Under the pieces are notes generated by a model. The model was not told the origin of the DNA and ran no database searches. It saw only the letters and a list, made by a program, of their open reading frames with translations. The translations under genes and the position numbers were made by a program. Shown here piece after piece: positions 61,475 to 64,000 of a DNA stretch of 64,000 nt (position 1 is the first letter of the stretch; every line of letters begins with the position of its first letter). Source of the stretch: Candidatus Falkowbacteria bacterium (GTDB lineage Bacteria; Patescibacteriota; Patescibacteriia; JAACEG01); the NCBI GenBank assembly GCA_018651725.1, contig JABIDK010000005.1:64-64063 (forward strand), written 5' to 3'.

Positions 61475-62311
61475 TTACAACGGACTTTTAATATTTTTAA
61501 TCATATTGTTAGATACTTTTGTATAAATTTGTGTTGTTTCCAGTCTGGCGTGTCCAAGCAGTTCTTGGATATATCTAATATCGGTTCCGTTTTCCAAAAG
61601 GTGAGTGGCGAAACTGTGTCGTAATGAATGACAGCTAGCCTTTTTTTTAATTTCTGATTTATTCAAGGCTGTTTTAAAAACTTTTTGCACTGATCTTTCA
61701 GTCAATTTTCCTCCTCTTGAACTTTCAAACAAATAATCATTTTTATCTTTGTTTTTTATATATTTTTTTAAAACACTAATTATCTTATCTGAAAATATTG
61801 TTACTCGGTCTTTTGCTCCTTTGCCAGTTCTAATTTTCAATATTTTATTCTCAAAATCTAAATCACTTACTTTGATATTAATTAACTCTCCTACACGAAG
61901 CCCTGATGAATACATTACCCCTAAAAGTAATTTATGTTTTACGTTTTGGATTACAGCAAAAATTTCACCTATCTCGTTACGAGTTAATACAGTCGGCAGT
62001 TTTTTACTCTTTTTTACTCTTGGAATATTAACAAAAAATCTTCGTCGTAGTATTTTTTCAAAGTAAAACTTAAACGCGCTATAAGCCAAGTTAATCGTTG
62101 AAGAAGCTGAGTTTTTGTCTACCATTTTTTCTAAATAATTTCTAATATCGTCAGTTTTAATATTTTTGGGATTTTTATTTGCAGTCTTTAAAAGACCTGT
62201 GATATAATAAAGATAAGATTTAATAGTTTTTATGCTAAATTTACGTAACTTCATTTCTTGCTTAAGTTTACGCAAAGGATCTTGACTTGGATAATAGTTA
62301 TTTTGATTCAT
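61475..62311 (-). CDS. tyrosine recombinase, integron-integrase-like (short)
   Basis: SAM-like N-terminus (S.KTIKSY...STIN.A.SA.KFYF), KKLP.VL, YSSGLRVGE, GKGAKDR, HSLRHSFATHLLE.G.DIRYIQELLGH..LETTQIYT; full RKHRHY catalytic set. Confidence 0.92.
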   Translation of the reverse strand: MNQNNYYPSQDPLRKLKQEMKLRKFSIKTIKSYLYYITGLLKTANKNPKNIKTDDIRNYLEKMVDKNSASSTINLAYSAFKFYFEKILRRRFFVNIPRVKKSKKLPTVLTRNEIGEIFAVIQNVKHKLLLGVMYSSGLRVGELINIKVSDLDFENKILKIRTGKGAKDRVTIFSDKIISVLKKYIKNKDKNDYLFESSRGGKLTERSVQKVFKTALNKSEIKKKASCHSLRHSFATHLLENGTDIRYIQELLGHARLETTQIYTKVSNNMIKNIKSPL

Positions 62312-62370
62312 AACTTATTTATGATTTAAAATCTACACAAATATTTTAGCTTATTTAAAAAAATAAATCA

Positions 62371-62398
62371 ATAAGTTCGTTAATAACTTGTTAGGCGA
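62371..62398 (+). promoter_or_regulatory. attI-like recombination site
   Basis: ATAAGTTCGTTAATAACTT-GTTAGGCGA, ~80 bp upstream of the integrase start; GTTRRRY core at 62390-62396. Confidence 0.65.
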
Positions 62399-62438
62399 AA
62401 TTGTTCTAATTTTTCCTTTTAATCTTTAATCTAATAAT

Positions 62439-63320
62439 ATGGATCAACAAATTAAAAGTGAACAAATCACTCAAAAAAATAACAACAGGATTTGGGCTAT
62501 TGTTGCTGCAATAATAATTACTGGTCTTGTTGCGGGTGTAGGTACATATATGTATTTTGCACAACAAAAAAAATCTACTCAAAAACAGTTTCAGAATCAA
62601 ATCTCAACTCTTCAAAAACAACTTTCTGAATATCAAAGTCAAAACGACAAATTACAGCAACAAATTGAAAATCTTAACACTCAAATTGAGTTAAAAAATG
62701 ATAATAAAACGGAAAAATCTAGTAGCGAAGTAATATCCAATAATAACACTATCACTTTTTACAATAAAACATTTTCATTTGTTGGTGATAAAAACAAAAT
62801 TATTCCTCATGGGCTGGACGGGCCTGAAAACTTTTTTTATGAAGGGCTGGAAGTTTCAAAAACTTTCAAAGGTCCATATGCGATATACTCTGATGTAGAT
62901 ACTACAAAACTCACATTCGTGTGTGATAGCCCCCTGATAAATTTTAACGGTGAGGATTATACAGGGCTTAACAGAAAACAAGTTAACTGGCAATACTGCG
63001 AAACAAATGAAAATGATTTTTTAACTCAATTTGAGTTTAGTGCTGCTAGTGGTATTGGGCATGCAACTGGTGGAGAAATAACTGAAAGATGGTATAAACT
63101 TTATATTAAGAGAATTAACGATGTAAATTATATTTTTATCGGCCCACTTAATGGTGACTATCTAGATAGCCCAAATCCTGAAATGGATCAAGAATATAAA
63201 GATAAATATTTACACATATCTTCAAAAACCTATTTAGATGAAATACGTAAAGATGAAGATATCAAAGCTAAAATTGAAGAATGGGATAAATTTGTTGATT
63301 CATTTGATATTGTAGATTAA
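62439..63320 (+). CDS. cassette-encoded membrane-anchored protein (TM, coiled coil, unknown globular domain)
   Basis: IWAIVAAIIITGLVAGVGTYMYF, then Gln-rich heptads; lies between attI-like and attC-like sites. Confidence 0.85.
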   Translation: MDQQIKSEQITQKNNNRIWAIVAAIIITGLVAGVGTYMYFAQQKKSTQKQFQNQISTLQKQLSEYQSQNDKLQQQIENLNTQIELKNDNKTEKSSSEVISNNNTITFYNKTFSFVGDKNKIIPHGLDGPENFFYEGLEVSKTFKGPYAIYSDVDTTKLTFVCDSPLINFNGEDYTGLNRKQVNWQYCETNENDFLTQFEFSAASGIGHATGGEITERWYKLYIKRINDVNYIFIGPLNGDYLDSPNPEMDQEYKDKYLHISSKTYLDEIRKDEDIKAKIEEWDKFVDSFDIVD

Positions 63321-63384
63321 AAAGAAAAAATTAGAACAACTCAAAGGGGCGCTGCGCTTCGGCTCCACTTCGTTACGCCGACCC

Positions 63385-63484
63385 TCGCCTAACAAGTGAT
63401 AACCGGAAAATGCCTCAGCTCGGCATTTTCCCAAATTCGTTTTCCCTACAGTCAAACGAACTTCGGTTATCACAAACGTTAGCT
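63385..63484 (+). promoter_or_regulatory. attC-like recombination site (branched)
   Basis: R'' GCCTAAC 63387-93; stem GTGATAACCG/CGGTTATCAC; inner hairpins GAAAATGCC/GGCATTTTC and TTCGTTT/AAACGAA; R' GTTAGCT 63478-84. Confidence 0.8.
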
Positions 63485-63597
63485 GAAATATATGTTTTTC
63501 TTTACGGCTAACGCCTACTTTTAAAAAGAATTAAATTTTGTTTTTTATTTATTTAAAGAGGGAAAATAATGTGTTTTCTTGAATTTATTAAAACATT

Positions 63598-64000
63598 ATG
63601 GAAGAATTAATTAACGATAACACTCAAGATTCTCTGTCTCAGCCAGAGAATAAAGCATTTTTTAAAAAACATCTGATAAAAATTATCATCATCGGATCAG
63701 TATTGTTTTTATCTATAGCCTCCTTATCGTTTTTCCTTTGGAGGGATCAAGACACAACAAGTCAAAATACAAACAAAAAACCAAATGATGGTTGGAGGAT
63801 AGAAAGCAATCAAGTTTTTTATTATGAAACTATCACTAACTGCAGCATATCAATGCATTGCGACAGTGAATTAAAAAAAACATTACTCACAGATGCAGAC
63901 GCAAATTCATTTAAAATTTTAAACGACGTTTATGCCAAAGACAACAACAATGCATATATAAGAGTAGACAAGGTGGACAATATTGATCTAGCTACCTTTA
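63598..64000 (+). CDS. membrane-anchored DKNYY-repeat-like protein (partial; probable second cassette)
   Basis: Translated by hand: MEELIND...TM (IKIIIIGSVLFLSIASLSFFLW)...ADANSFKILNDVYAKDNNNAY...; runs off the window. Confidence 0.75.
   Translation, partial: MEELINDNTQDSLSQPENKAFFKKHLIKIIIIGSVLFLSIASLSFFLWRDQDTTSQNTNKKPNDGWRIESNQVFYYETITNCSISMHCDSELKKTLLTDADANSFKILNDVYAKDNNNAYIRVDKVDNIDLATF

Noticed and set aside
61475-62311. Calling the recombinase XerC/XerD or a prophage integrase
   Set aside because: Adjacent attI/attC-like cassette structure, no phage genes, and it is not at the ssrA 3' end. A phylogeny is still needed to exclude Xer.

Overview
AT-rich chromosomal segment that reads like a Patescibacteria (CPR, Parcubacteria, possibly the ABY1/OD1-L1 group). 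This placement is inferred from unlinked 16S and 23S-5S genes about 27.7 kb apart, a 16S insertion, a collapsed 23S H78, a short AlaRS, a long tmRNA tag and mostly SD-less core genes. Most of the window is housekeeping: translation (infB, rbfA, rpsT, rpmH, rnpA, rplT-rpmI-infC, ssrA-smpB, trmD, alaS, five tRNAs), repair (nfo, MGMT, EndoQ), metabolism (glmS, tpiA, fba, gdhA, malic enzyme), scpAB, rnc, rny, clpP, pilT, and a 1784-aa FN3-repeat surface protein. The best candidate for a little-described system is at the right end: a short tyrosine recombinase that appears to lack the IntI-specific insertion, next to an attI-like site and at least one complete gene cassette. The cassette has complementary GTTAGGCGA/TCGCCTAAC ends, a branched non-canonical attC-like site, and an extra ~25-bp inverted repeat enclosing its whole ORF. 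Other leads are tRNA-Ile(UAU) and tRNA-Arg(UCG), a leader-peptide attenuator-like element upstream of the 23S gene, a frameshifted Zn-ribbon IS256-like element that truncates a rhodanese gene next to a PEP-utilising dikinase, a CTAG-flanked MITE in the end of scpA, a guanylate kinase with a Walker A K-to-E change, a candidate anti-SD sRNA, and dispersed degenerate 7-9-nt repeats. All product calls are from motif recognition by eye; no searches were run.
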